Below are positions 51,349 to 63,472 of a stretch of DNA of 64,000 nt, one piece after another. Position 1 is the stretch's first letter. Each line of letters begins with the position of its first letter. Origin of the DNA: Azolla caroliniana. Lineage: Eukaryota; Plantae; Polypodiophyta. The stretch covers positions 18,104,001-18,168,000 of the forward strand of contig JBHGNT010000014.1 of assembly GCA_043228905.1 (NCBI GenBank). The letters run 5' to 3'. The position numbers were made by a program, and so were the translations under genes. Below the pieces are notes generated by a model. The model ran no database searches, had not been told where the DNA came from, and worked only from the letters and a program-made list of their open reading frames with translations.

Positions 51349-51677
51349 TGTTAGGATCGTGACCGACCACAACCGGTTTCACTCTAAATGTTCGGGTGCA
51401 AAGAATTGAGATAGATAGTGCACAGAAAGAAAAAACGAGAAACTCAAAAACTCATATATTTAACGTGGAAAACCCAAAAGGGAAAAACCACGGGGGTCCA
51501 TAAACCCCGAGAAACAGAATCACTATAATGAGGGAGGAATACAAGGAGACTCGTAGGCAACAACCTTGAGTTCGTCTTCGTCAAATGACGACTGCAAAGT
51601 TACTCACACTCTTACACACGATCACTCTCTCCTACTCATTACAAAGGCAACTACTCATTGTAACTTATTACAACTAT
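51349..51677 (-). mobile_element. LTR fragment related to 48578, interrupted by copia element A
   Basis: TGTTAGGATCGT.ACCG, GAAAAACCA..GGGGTCCA.AAACCCC and ACCTTGAGTTC are shared with 48578-48900. Similarity stops exactly at the copia A LTR. Confidence 0.7.
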
Positions 51678-52707
51678 TGTTGAGCGAGCAAGCTCAACCG
51701 GATCTGGATCGATTGAATAAGCCAGAGCCGGATTGGTATCCGGATCAGATTGAAACCGGTAGGCCGTTAGAGGCGTACGGATCTAACCTAGTATGTAGGC
51801 ATATTTTTGGGAGTCAGTGATAATCGCTCATGTGAACATTGAAGTACCTGTCAGTCCTCTATGGTCTTGTATAAAAGTGCTCTCTGAGCACATTTTATGT
51901 ATAGAATATTGAGAGTATTTTGAATAGAGTTTTATGTTCTCTCTCTCTCCTGCGTACGCCTACTCTCTATGTGTGTTGAGTTTTCCTTTCATCTTCTGTT
52001 GCTATTCAGTTGAGCCGGTTTGTCAAACACTTTCGCACATTTACTTTGACATGGTATCAAAGCGCGAGGGTTGAGAACCTTTCCAGCTGACAGATGCTTT
52101 CGAAGACAAACCCTAATAACTGGCAACAACAAATAGAGAACCAAAATGGACAGAGGTATGGCCAATTCGCTTCCCACAGAAAAGCTCGACCGGAGCAACT
52201 ATGCATCCTGGTCATATAAAATGCACCAGTACCTGCTCGGAATGGGAGCAAGGAGCAAGCCAAGTATTGTACTGCCTCACGTCCAATGTGTACGTTCAGA
52301 TGCTCAACTACATCAAAGATGCAAAAACACCAAAGGAGGCCTATGAAAATCTCCGAAAGATTTTCGTTGCTAGTACCACGACGCGGAAGTTGTAGCTCCG
52401 ACAAGAGCTCAACCATATTCGACAGAGGTATATGTCCGTGACCGATTACACCACCAAGATAAAGGAGATTTGCGACGCGCTTGGGTCCATCAACGTGACG
52501 GTGGACGAAGATGAGATGGTTCAAATTTGCCTTGTTGGTCTAGCACAACGGTACGGGCCAATCCAGACGACGATATGCATGTGAGAGAAGCCACCGTCCT
52601 TCTTCGACTTACAAGCCATGTTGATGGTCGAAGAAAACCACGTGAGTGGGTTGAGGACCACTCAATCTGACAACCGGATGCAGTACACGGCGGCGGATTG
52701 ACCCCAT

Positions 52708-54017
52708 TGTCGTGGGTATTTTCACACACAATATGAAAACTAGTAAACTAATTATTTAAGATTAGCTTAATGTATTCATATAGATAGGTGTCTTCAAGAG
52801 TTTCATAGCGTATTTTATTACGCATGAAATGGATAAACAAGTATCAAGCTATGTGAGTGTGAAGTTTGAAGAAGAAGAGAGAAAAGACAAAATTGTGAGA
52901 TATCCCACATAGATAGGACAATATTGGAACCCAAGATATATAAGGGAAACCAAAACATATTCACTCTATCAATGTGTGGAATACAGAATGTTCAAGGTGA
53001 CTTGGGCTACATTGTGTGGTGTGCACGCTTTGGGCATACGCGCGTCTGCACGATCGTGATTACGCTTCGGGCGTATGTGTGTATGTGCGTATGCACGATT
53101 GTGTTAACGCTTTGGGCGTATGCGCGTATGTGTGTATGCATAGTCGTGTTAACGCTTCGGGCGTATGCGCGTGTGCATGGCCACGTGGATGTCTTCGGAT
53201 GTACGCGTGTGTGCAAGTTTCGGGCTTACGCGTGCACGGTCGCGTGGACGTTTCGGACGAGCGCGCGGATGCATACACGTCGCGGTCAGGACGCGCGCAA
53301 GCGTGGATGCGTACATTGCAGCGCGGTTGGGACTTTTGCGTGCAGACGCGTCTACGGTTTGGTTGCGACGCACGTACAGATTGCGCACGGGCTAAACTTT
53401 ATGGATGATTGGGTCATTTGGCCGAATTGTACGGACAATCGCATGCAACCAAAAGCCAAGGCCATGCAACTAAAAGTAAAAGGCATGCATCTAAAAATGG
53501 AAGCATGCAACTAAAAGCAGAGGCCATGCAACTAAAAATAGAGGTCATCCAACTAAAACTGGGCATGCAAAGTAACATTGGGGAGGAGGATCAATGAGGA
53601 GTTGGATATATGTCCCATTTTTTCCCTACTAGTTTTTTTTCCCCCTCTTCCTTCTTCTTCCCTCTGGGTTTTCGAGAAACAAATTATCTCACATATTGAT
53701 ATCAAACTCCTAGCTTTGGGGACTCGATCTTTCTTGTAAAAAATTATCTCTCGTATTCATATCGGACCACTCCTTGCATGGTTGTTGGCTCCTTTCTTTG
53801 AAAAATTAATCTCTCATTTCCATACCCAACCCATTGTAACACGATTTTGAAATTATAAAGAATCGATTTTCTTTTGCAATAAATGAATGATTTGTCTCTC
53901 CCACTTGTCTTATGCTTAAAACTTGCTTGTGTTGTACGTGTTACACTAAATCCTTCTAGTCCAGAACCCTGACGGTTCCGTCTCACGATCCAAACATAGT
54001 GACGGATTTTCACGACA
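52708..54017. mobile_element. 1310-bp solo-LTR-like insertion in copia A gag
   Basis: Inverted termini TGTCGTG...CACGACA and flanks CCAT/CCGT. Removing the insert and one 4-bp copy restores the gag frame (D-*-P-R-G-R, versus D-R-L-R-G-R in copia B). Confidence 0.85.
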
Positions 54018-57000
54018 CCGTGGGCGTGGACGACGAGGTGGGTCGACACGCAATGGAGGTAGCTGGGAAGAGCAAAACCAAAGGCACAGAGACAGTGCTG
54101 ACAACAGTTCCGGAAAATCCACAAGCAGGGGGAGTCAAGACGAAGTCGGAAAACGGTAGTCGAAAACCGACACGGAATGTTGGTATTGTAGCAAGAAAGG
54201 CCACAGAGAGAGAGAGAGTGCTGGAAGAAGCGTGCCGATTCGGATAAATCCGGATCCAGCAAGGCTGGACAAGGGAACCGACAAAGCTCGCACTACGTAG
54301 AAGGATCAGAAGGATCCGGAATTAGGAGGACCGGTAAAGGGCCAACCTTTGTGATGAAGCACAGGGCTAACTCGATGAAGAAGACTACTTCCAAATCGGA
54401 GGAAGTATGGTACGTTGATTCCGGAGCGTCCAACTACATGACAAGCCATGAAGAGTGGTTCTCTTTTTTGGAGAAACCGGAACAATCGAGGATTGTCAAA
54501 ACCGGAGACAACACCCCTCACCCAATTGTGCATGTCAGAGAAGTCCCTTTAAGCCATGTCAGACAAAAGGGGAAGTTGATGAATGTACTACACATTCCGA
54601 CTATCACAAAGAACCTGGTGTCGGTTGGACAAATCGTTGACCAAGGGATGCAGGTGCGGTTTACACACCTCAGGTGCTTCATCGAGGAAGAAGGCTGGAT
54701 AATTGTGCAAGGGCGTAGAGAAGGGAGGATGTTCATCCTCAACACTAATGATGTCGACATCGCCATGTTTGCCAAAGGACAGAAGATTGAATCGGATATC
54801 GATCTCTGGCATAAGTGGATCGGCCACGTCAACTACCAGAGGCTTCAAGATCTGCAATCGAAACAAGTTGTGTTCGGATTGCCGAAGTTTAATGGCCAAA
54901 AGGCCCAAATATGTGAAGCCTACCAACTCGGGAAGCAACACCGGCTTCCATTCCGCACCAAACGAAACCGGAGCCGTAACAAGCTCGATCTAATCCATTC
55001 AGATGTTTGGGGACCATCACAAAATGTTAGTCTTGGCGGGAGTCGGTATTTTGTCTCTTTCATTGACAACTATAGCTGGCACACGTGGATCTACCTCATC
55101 GAGAAGAAAAGCGAAGTCTTCGATTGTTTCCGGAACCTTCAAAGTTTAGTCGAAAGGGAAACAGAGATGAGGATGAAGTGATTGCGGTCAGATGGCGGAA
55201 AAGAATACTTTTCCGGCCAATTCAACAGTTATCTGCAGCAGAACAAAATTCAGAGAGAATTTAGTTGCATATACACATTGGAGCAAAATGGTGTGGCCGA
55301 AAGGAAGAACCGGTCGATTGTTGATGCTGCAAGGGCAATGTTGGAGGAGAAGCCAAATTTGAGGCACCTTCAGATATTCAGTAGCATAGCATATGTGCAT
55401 GTACCGGATGAGAAGCGGAAGAAGCTAGATCTGAAGTCGGAGAAGTGCATCCTAGTCAGTTACTCGCATGAGCAAAAGGGGTATAAGTGTTATAATCCCC
55501 AGACTAAATAGGTAAGAGTAAGTCAAGATGTCGAGTTTGATGAGTCGGCATCATGGTACACCCTACCGACTCCAATTCCCGACGAAGACCCGATTCCGGA
55601 AGATGAGGCTAGTGAGCCCGAGGAGGTCTAGGAAGAAGATAAAAACTTCAACACTCTAGAAGAGAGTCCGATCTCATTCCGGCTAAGTGGACCGAATGAG
55701 CGGCTAAGTCGGGATGACCAGTCGGATGAAGAATCGGCGAGTAGTGGAGACTCTGTCGTGCTCTCCCCGCACAAGGAACCGAGGAGACAGTTCACGCGCA
55801 AAGAGAAGGGGAAGAAGAAGATGCTGGAATACGATACCGATAGTGAAGGGTAAGATCGAAGCGAATATGACCCCGGAAAGGGAGAAGCCGGATCTTCAGA
55901 AATGAAGTTTGGAGAGGCCAAGAAGGGTCTCAAACCGGGTAATGACAAATTACGCCGATCAACCTGCCAGAAGAACCCCGTCATGAGGTACAGGTACAAT
56001 GAGTACATGGCGCATCACTATGTGTACATGACTAAGGTGGCTAAAGTGCGTGAGCCGGAGAGCTACGCAGAAGTGGCAAAGGACGCAAATTGGCATGCCG
56101 CTATGGAAGAAGAGATGGGGGCACTCGATGCCAATGATACATGGGACCTGGTTGACCCTCCCCGACAGTGCAAACCGATTGGTTGCAAATGGGTGTACAA
56201 GGTTAAGTACAACGCCAACGGTCGGTCAACCGGTACAAGGCCCGGTTAGTGGCGAAGGGATACGCACAGACCCACGGAATCGACTACGACGAGACCTTTG
56301 CTCCGATAGCAAAGATGACAATGATTCGTGTGGTACTGGCGGTTGTTGCGGCAAGGGGATGACATCTTCACCAAATGGACGTGAAGAATGCATTTCTTCA
56401 AGGTGATCTTGAAGAACGGGTCTATATGATCCAACCCTCGGTTTCCAATCAGAGATGAACAAGTCGGTAGTGTGCCGACTCAAGAAGTCGCTTTACGGTC
56501 TGAAACAAGCCCCCCGAGCTTGGAATGTGAAGATCACGCACTAGTTGCGTAAGATTGGGTTTGTGGCCTCTAAGTCTGACTCTTCATTGTTCATCTGGAA
56601 CGGTCCGGACGATCCAGTTTGCATCTTGCTTTATGTAGATGATTTAGTTATCATCGGACCCAGACTCAATGAAATCGATCGAGTGAAGTCCCAGTTGTCG
56701 GACACATTTGAGATGAAGGACCTGGGGGACCTTCATTATTTTCTTGGGATCGAGGTGATCCGGACCCCCAACGACATATTGCTCTCACAACGCCATTATG
56801 TGTTGAATATGTTGTACAAGTTCGGCATGACGGAATGTCGACAGAACTCTACACCCCTGAACCGGAACCTGAAGCTACGTCCCAACTCCGGCCCGACCTG
56901 CAATGAGAAACAGTTTCGAAAAATTGTCGGAAGTCTCATATAGTTGACAATCACTCGACCCAACATCAATTACTTGGTCGAAGTGATCAACCAGTTCATG

Positions 57001-57542
57001 CAGAAGTTGACCGTCGAGCACCTTAAGTGCGCACACCGGATACTTCGGTATGTTAGTGGCACGAAGGACCGAGGACTGTTATACCGACATGGTATAGCTG
57101 GGAAGCTAGTTGGATATACCGATGCCGACTGGGCTGGTGATGCATTGGATCGTTGATCCACCTCCGGTTACATGTTTTCTCTTGGTAGCGCGATTGTTGT
57201 GTGGAGCAGCAAAAAGCAGCCAACAGTGGCTCTGTTGAGCACTGAGGCTGAATACCAAGGCGTTACCATGGCCACCTTTGAAGCCATATGGCTTCGGTGA
57301 CTATTGCGTGACCTCCGGATCGAGGTGTCGACCCCGATCCCGATCCACTGTGAGAACATGAGAAACATACAACTTGCCAAGAACCCAATGTTCCATGCTC
57401 GGACAAAGCACATAGAAGTGCATTATCACTTTGTTTGTGAGCGGGTCCTGAGCGGTGAAGTTGAAATTTGGTATGTTCACACAGATCGATAGGTTGCTGA
57501 CATCTTCACCAAGTCGCTCGGATCGAACAAGTTGCAGCATTT

Positions 57543-60500
57543 TGTGAACGTAAGTGTTTGCGGAAGCGTAAAACAGAGAACAACACAGAGAGAGAGAGAG
57601 AGAGCAGAACACAATTTCAAAATTATATCAAAACTCTGTACACACACTGTGCTAAGTAGCAATATTTATACAAGTCCTCTTGGGACTGACAGAAGTACCA
57701 TGTACTTCAATGCTCACACGAGCATCTGACACTTACTACGAGACTATAGCTACCTAGTAGTCTATCCTATACTAGGCTTCCGATTGGACTTCCGGTTACG
57801 GATTGCACCCGGCCTCCACTGCTTCCCGGTTCGGTTGCTCACCGTAATACCAATCCGTTTCGCCCGATCCGTCTCGCTTACCGGCTCCAACTTATTCAGC
57901 CGATCCGGCTCCGGTTGAGCTTGCCGCTCAACACTCCCCCTCAAGCTCAACCTGAGGTGGGGTCGTAGTGTCGACCTCTGTGGTAGTCGGTTCTTCCAAC
58001 CGACTTCTCCTGGCGTCACTCCGCCTTGCTCGCGCTCCTCGTCCGGTTTGGTCCCGTTTGCCGCGACCCCTTTGGTTCTGCGTGCCTCGACCCTCTCGGT
58101 CGGCATGTCTGCTCAATAGGCCCATCTCAGCACTCACGTTGCTGTGACTCCAGCGCTTGCCGATCTGTCGGTTCTCCCATGATGGCATCGACTTCCGCTG
58201 TGTTTGTGTCCCCTTGGCCTTCAGTCGATCCGACTCATCCGGATCCATCTGTTGGTCCGAGTCAGCTGTCTCCGACTCGTTCCAGCTCTTGTCCGAATCG
58301 GTACACTCCGATTCGGCTTCCGGCTTCAGGCCTCTCACCACATCGGACCACTTCCGAGTCTTGGCCTTCTCCATGCTTCCCTCGGCTTCTTCAGCCAGTG
58401 AACCGAAATCGAATTCTTCATTCGACTCCGCATCATGGTCAGTACCGTCGTGATGACCTCCGCACAACATGCACTTCTCTTCCTGAGTGCACAACTCTTC
58501 TTCACAGCCGCTTGCTCCGACCTGTTTGGATGTGTCGACTTCCTTCGTCGACTCGGCTTCCTTCATCTTCTTGTCTCCTCTTCTTCCGGCTCTCCTCTTA
58601 CCGATGGGTTCAACAGTTTTTTGGCCTTTGCCCGTTTCGGTAGAGACTTTGCCCTTGCTTCTCCCCCTCAAGTGCGGCACGTCGAGATGCTGAATACCAA
58701 GCATGTCGGTAAAGTGCTGCAACTTGTCCGATCCAAGCGGCTTGGTGAAGATGTCGGCAACTTGCCGATCCGTATGAACATACCGTAGGTCAACTTCACC
58801 GCTCAGGACCCGCTCATGCACGAAGTGGTAGTGCACCTCGATGTGCTTTGTGCGAACATGGAACACAGGGATCCTAGCGAGCTGCAGGCTGCTCATGTTA
58901 TCGTAGTAAATCGGGATCGGGGTCGGTACCTCGATCCGCAAGTCTCGCAGCAATCGCCGAAGCCAGATGGTTTCACAAGTGGCAACGGTAGCGGCCCGGT
59001 ACTCAGCCTCAGTGCTTGACAAAGCCACTATGGGTTGCTTCTTGCTGCTCCACGCAACGGCCGCACTACCTATGGAGAACATGTATCCGGAAGTGGGGCG
59101 GCGATCAGACGCATCGCCGGCCCAGTCAGCATCTGTGTAACCGACAAGCTCTTCGGGTATACCTCGCCAGTATAGCAGTCCCCGGTCCTTAGTGCCGCTG
59201 ACATACCGTAATATTCGTTGCGCGCACTAAAGGTGCTCCACGGTCGGCTTCTGCATGAATTGACATACCATGCCGACCGGATAGCTGATGTCGGGTCGGG
59301 TGATGGTTAAGTAGATCAGGCTTCCGACAAACTGTCGGAACCGTTTCTCATTGCAGGCCGGTCCAGAGTTGGGACAGAGCTTCTGGTTCCGGTCCAGGGG
59401 TGTGGAGACAGGTCCGCAATCCGTCATGCCGAACTTATACAACATATTCAACACGTAATGTCGTTGTGAGAGCAATATGCCGTCGGGGGTTCGGATCACT
59501 TCGATCCCAAGAAAATAATGAAGGTCCCCCAGGTCCTTCATTTCAAATGCGTCCGAAAACTGGGACTTGACGCGGTTGATTTCGGGAAGACCCGGTCCAG
59601 TGATGACTAAATCATCCACATACAAGAGTATACATACCGGACCGTCAGAGCCTTGCCGGATGAACAACGAAGAGTCCGACTTAGAGACAGCAAACCCCAG
59701 CTTACGCAACCGGTGTGTGATCTTCGCGTTCCAAGCTCGGGGGGCTTGCTTCAAGCCGTAAAGCGACTTCTTAAGTCGGCATACCGCCGACTTGTTCATC
59801 TCCGATTGAAATCCGGGGGGCTGAGTCATAAAGACTTCTTCTTCAAGCTCTCCTTGAAGGAAGGCGTTCTTCACATCCATCTGGTGAAGATGCCACCCCC
59901 TTGCCGCAACAACCGCCAGTACCACACGAACCGTCGTCATCTTCGCCACAGGAGCGAAGGTCGCGTCGTAGTCGATTCCGTGGGTCTGCGCGTATGCCTT
60001 CGCCACTAACCGGGCTTTGTACCGGTTAACAGAACCGTCGGCGTTGTACTTGACCTTGTACACCCACTTGCATCCGATCGGTTTACAGTGACGGGGAGGA
60101 TCAATTAGGTCCCAAGTTTCGTTGGCATCGAGTGCCCGCATTTCTTCGTCCATAGCGGCACGCCAATTTGCGTCCTTTGCCGCTTCTGCGTAGCTCTCCG
60201 ACTCACGCACTTCTGTCACCTTAGTCATGTACGCATAATGATGCGCCATGTATTCATTGTACCCGTACCGCATGACGGGATCCTTTTGGCGGGTTGATCG
60301 GCGCAACGCACCGTCACCTGATTTTAGGCCCTTCTTGGCCAGTTCGGTCTTCGTTGCCGAAGATCCGCCTTTCTCCTTTCCGGAGTCGGATACGCACCAA
60401 TCCGACTCATCGTTGCCGGTTTCGAATTCCAGCATCTTCCTCTTCCCCTTCTCTTTGCGCGTGAACCGTTTCCTCGGTTCCTTGCGCGGGGAGACCACGA

Positions 60501-63098
60501 CAGAGTCTCCACCACTTGCCGTCTCTTCATCCGACTGGTCCAACCGACTTAGTCGCTCGTTCGGTCCACTCAACCGTAACGATTCCGGACTCTCGTCTTG
60601 AGTCCCGGATTCATCATCCTCTGTCAGGGCTGATTCAGGCTCACTGGCCTGATCTTCCGGCATTGGGTCAGGATCGGAAGTCAGAGTCGGTACAGAGTAC
60701 CAGGATGCCGATTCATCGAACTCGACATCCCGGCTAACTCGGACTTCCTTCGTCCGGGGGTTATAGCACTTATACCCCTTTTGCTCTTGAGCATAGCCGA
60801 CTAGGATGCATTTTTCCGATTTTGCATCCAGGTTTCTCCGCTTCTGATCCAGCACATGCACATACGCTATGCTGCCGAATATCCGAAGGTGTCTTAAGTT
60901 CGGCTTGCGCCCGAAATACAGCTCATGAGCTGACACCTTGTCACCAATGCGGTTTTGTATGTAGACGGCCGTCCGGACCGCCTCCGCCCAGTAGAACCGG
61001 GGCATGCTCTTTTCTTCCAGCATTGCCCTTGCCGCTTCGACGAGTGTCCGATTCTTCCTTTCGGCCACACCGTTTTGCTCCGGTGTGTATCTGCAACTGA
61101 ACTCTCGCCAAATTCCCTTCTGCTGCAGATAACTAGTGAATTGGCTGGAAAAATATTTCTTTCCGCCATCCGATCGAAGGCATTTGATCTTCCTCTCCGA
61201 TTCCTGTTCCACCATCTTTTGGAGGCTCCGGAAACAGTCGAAGACTTTGCTCTTCCGCTCAATGAGGTAGATCCAAGTATGTCGAGTATAGTCGTCGATG
61301 AAGGAGACGAAGTACCGGCTCCCGCCAAGGCTTACACTTTGTGCCGGTCCCCACACATCCGAATGGATGAGATCGAGCTTGTTACGGCTCCAGTTCCGTT
61401 CGGTGGGGAATGGAAGCCGATGTTGCTTCCCAAGTTGGCAGGCTTCACAAATTTCGGCTCTCCGGCCGCTGAACTTCGGCAAACCGACAACGACTTGTTT
61501 CGTTTGTAGGTCTTGAAGCCTCCGGTAGTTGACGTGGCCTATCCGCTTGTGCCACAGGTCGATGTCTGACTCGACCTTCTGTCGATTCGCGAACAGAGCG
61601 GTGCCAAAGTCATTGGTGTTGAGGATAAACATTCTCCCATCTCTGCGCCCTTGCGCAATGACTTCGCCCTCATCCTCAATGAAGCACCCGAGGTGCGTAA
61701 ACCGCACCTGCATCCCCTGGTCGAGAATCTGACCGACGGACACCAGGTTCTTCGTGATTGTCGGAACGTGTAATACATTCATTAGCTTCCCTTTTTGTCC
61801 GACGTGGCTTAGAGGGACTTCTCCGACGTGCACGATTGGGTGAGGAGTGTCGTCTCCGGTTTCGACTACTCCTGGTTGATCCGGTTTCTCCAGAAAGGAG
61901 AACCACTCTTTGTGGCTCGTCCTGTGGTTCGACGCGCCGGAATCAACATACCACACTTCCTCCATTTTGGAAGTGGTCTTCTTCATTGAGTTTGCCTTGT
62001 GATTCATCACCAAGGCTGGCCCCTTACCGGTCTTTCCGGTTCCGGATCCTCCTGATCCGTTTGCGTAATGCGAGTTTTGCCGGCCACCCTTACCGGTCTT
62101 GCCGGATCCGGATTTGTCCGAATCGGCACGCTTTCTCCAGCACTCGCTTTCCCTATGGCCTTTTTTGCCACAGTACCAACATTCCGTAGCGGATTTGTCT
62201 TGCCGGCCTCCGGCACCGCCTTGACTCCCCCTACTTGTGGAAGTCCCGGAACTGCTGTCGGCACACTCATAGTGCCTTCGTTCCTGCTCTTGTCGGCCGC
62301 CTCCATTGCGTGCCGACCCACCTCTTCCACCACGCCCACGGAGCCGATCCGTTCCCGTGTACAACATTTGGCTGTCCGGGGATGCACTGGTAGATGCACC
62401 GGCGTGGTTCTCCTCTACAAGGAGCATCGATTGTAAGTCAAAGAATGAGGGGGTATTCTCCCTTGTACACACTGCAGTCCGGAACGCTCTGAACTTGGAC
62501 GCCAGGCCTCCGAGACATACCTGCACCATCTCATCTTCCTCTACGGTAACATTGATAGAGGCGAGCGAGTCGCAGATTTCCTTTATCCGGCCCGTGTAGT
62601 CTGCCACGAACATGTTCTTCTGTCGAACATTGCTCAACTCCTGTCTCAGTTGCAGCTTCCAGGCAGTGGTGCTTGCGGCGAAAACCTTTTTCAGGTTCCC
62701 CCAAGCATCCTTCGGTGTCTTGGCGTCACGGATGTGGCTGAGCAGCTGATCGCCGACACTGGACGCGAAGCAGTACATCACCCTGCTTGCCGCCTGTTCC
62801 CATACCTGGAAGTCCTTGTGTGCCGAGTCGGGCGCCGCATCATTCGCTCCTTCGACATAACTCCAGTACCCGTGTCCAAGCAGGTACTGGTGCATCTTGT
62901 AAGACCAGGATGCGTAGTTGCTCCTGTCGAGCTTCTCCACCGGGAGCGACGTAGCCATGCCTCTATCCATGTCTTCTACTGTGTCTGTTTCTGTTAGGGT
63001 TTTCTTCTTAAGAGTAAATGTCTGCAGCAGAGGTTCTCAACCCTCGCGCTCTGATACCATGTGAACGTAAGTGTTTGCGGAAGCGTAAAACAGAGAAC

Positions 63099-63168
<70 letters not shown>

Positions 63169-63472
63169 AGAACACAATTTCAAAATTATATCAAAACTCT
63201 GTACACACACAATGCTAAGTAGCACTATTTATACAAGTCCTCTTGGGACTGACAGAAGTACCATGTACTTCAATGCTCACAGGAGCATCTGACACTTACT
63301 ACGAGACTATAGCTACCTAGTAGTCTATCCTATACTAGGCTTCCGATTGGACTTCCGGTTACGGATTGCACCCGGCCTCCACTGCTTGCCGGTTCGGTTG
63401 CTCAGCGTAATACCGATCTGTTTCGCCCGATCCGTCTCGCTTACCGGCTCCGGTTGAGCTTGCCGCTCAACA
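57543..63472 (-). mobile_element. Full-length Ty1/copia LTR retrotransposon B nested in the RNase H of copia A
   Basis: 5' LTR 63472-63060, 3' LTR 57933-57543, perfect TSD CATTT (57538-57542 and 63473-63477), PBS TGGTATCAGAGC (63059-63048, tRNA-iMet type) and PPT CTTGAGGGGGAG (57945-57934). Confidence 0.97.
57928..62970 (-). pseudogene. Gag-Pol polyprotein of copia B, with a single in-frame TAG at 59229-59227
   Basis: ORFs 59227..62970 and 57928..59082 share one frame. Domains: zinc knuckle CWYCGKKGHRESEC, protease DSGAS, GAG-pre-integrase WHKRIGH, integrase, RT QMDVKNAFL/YVDDL, RNase H SSTEAEY/ADIFTK, then a ~240-aa extra tail. Confidence 0.95.

Noticed and set aside
52924-53514. 196-aa and overlapping ORFs in the solo LTR
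   Set aside because: Low-complexity CG/TG repeats lack stops by composition, and no domain is recognisable.
59227-59229. Possible programmed stop-codon readthrough in copia B Pol
   Set aside because: The TAG lies inside the RT/RNase H region, lacks a CARYYA context, and copia A has a sense codon (AAG) there, so it is a point mutation.
58026-62997. Many plus-strand ORFs over copia B
   Set aside because: These are antisense shadows of the GC-rich Gag-Pol frame.
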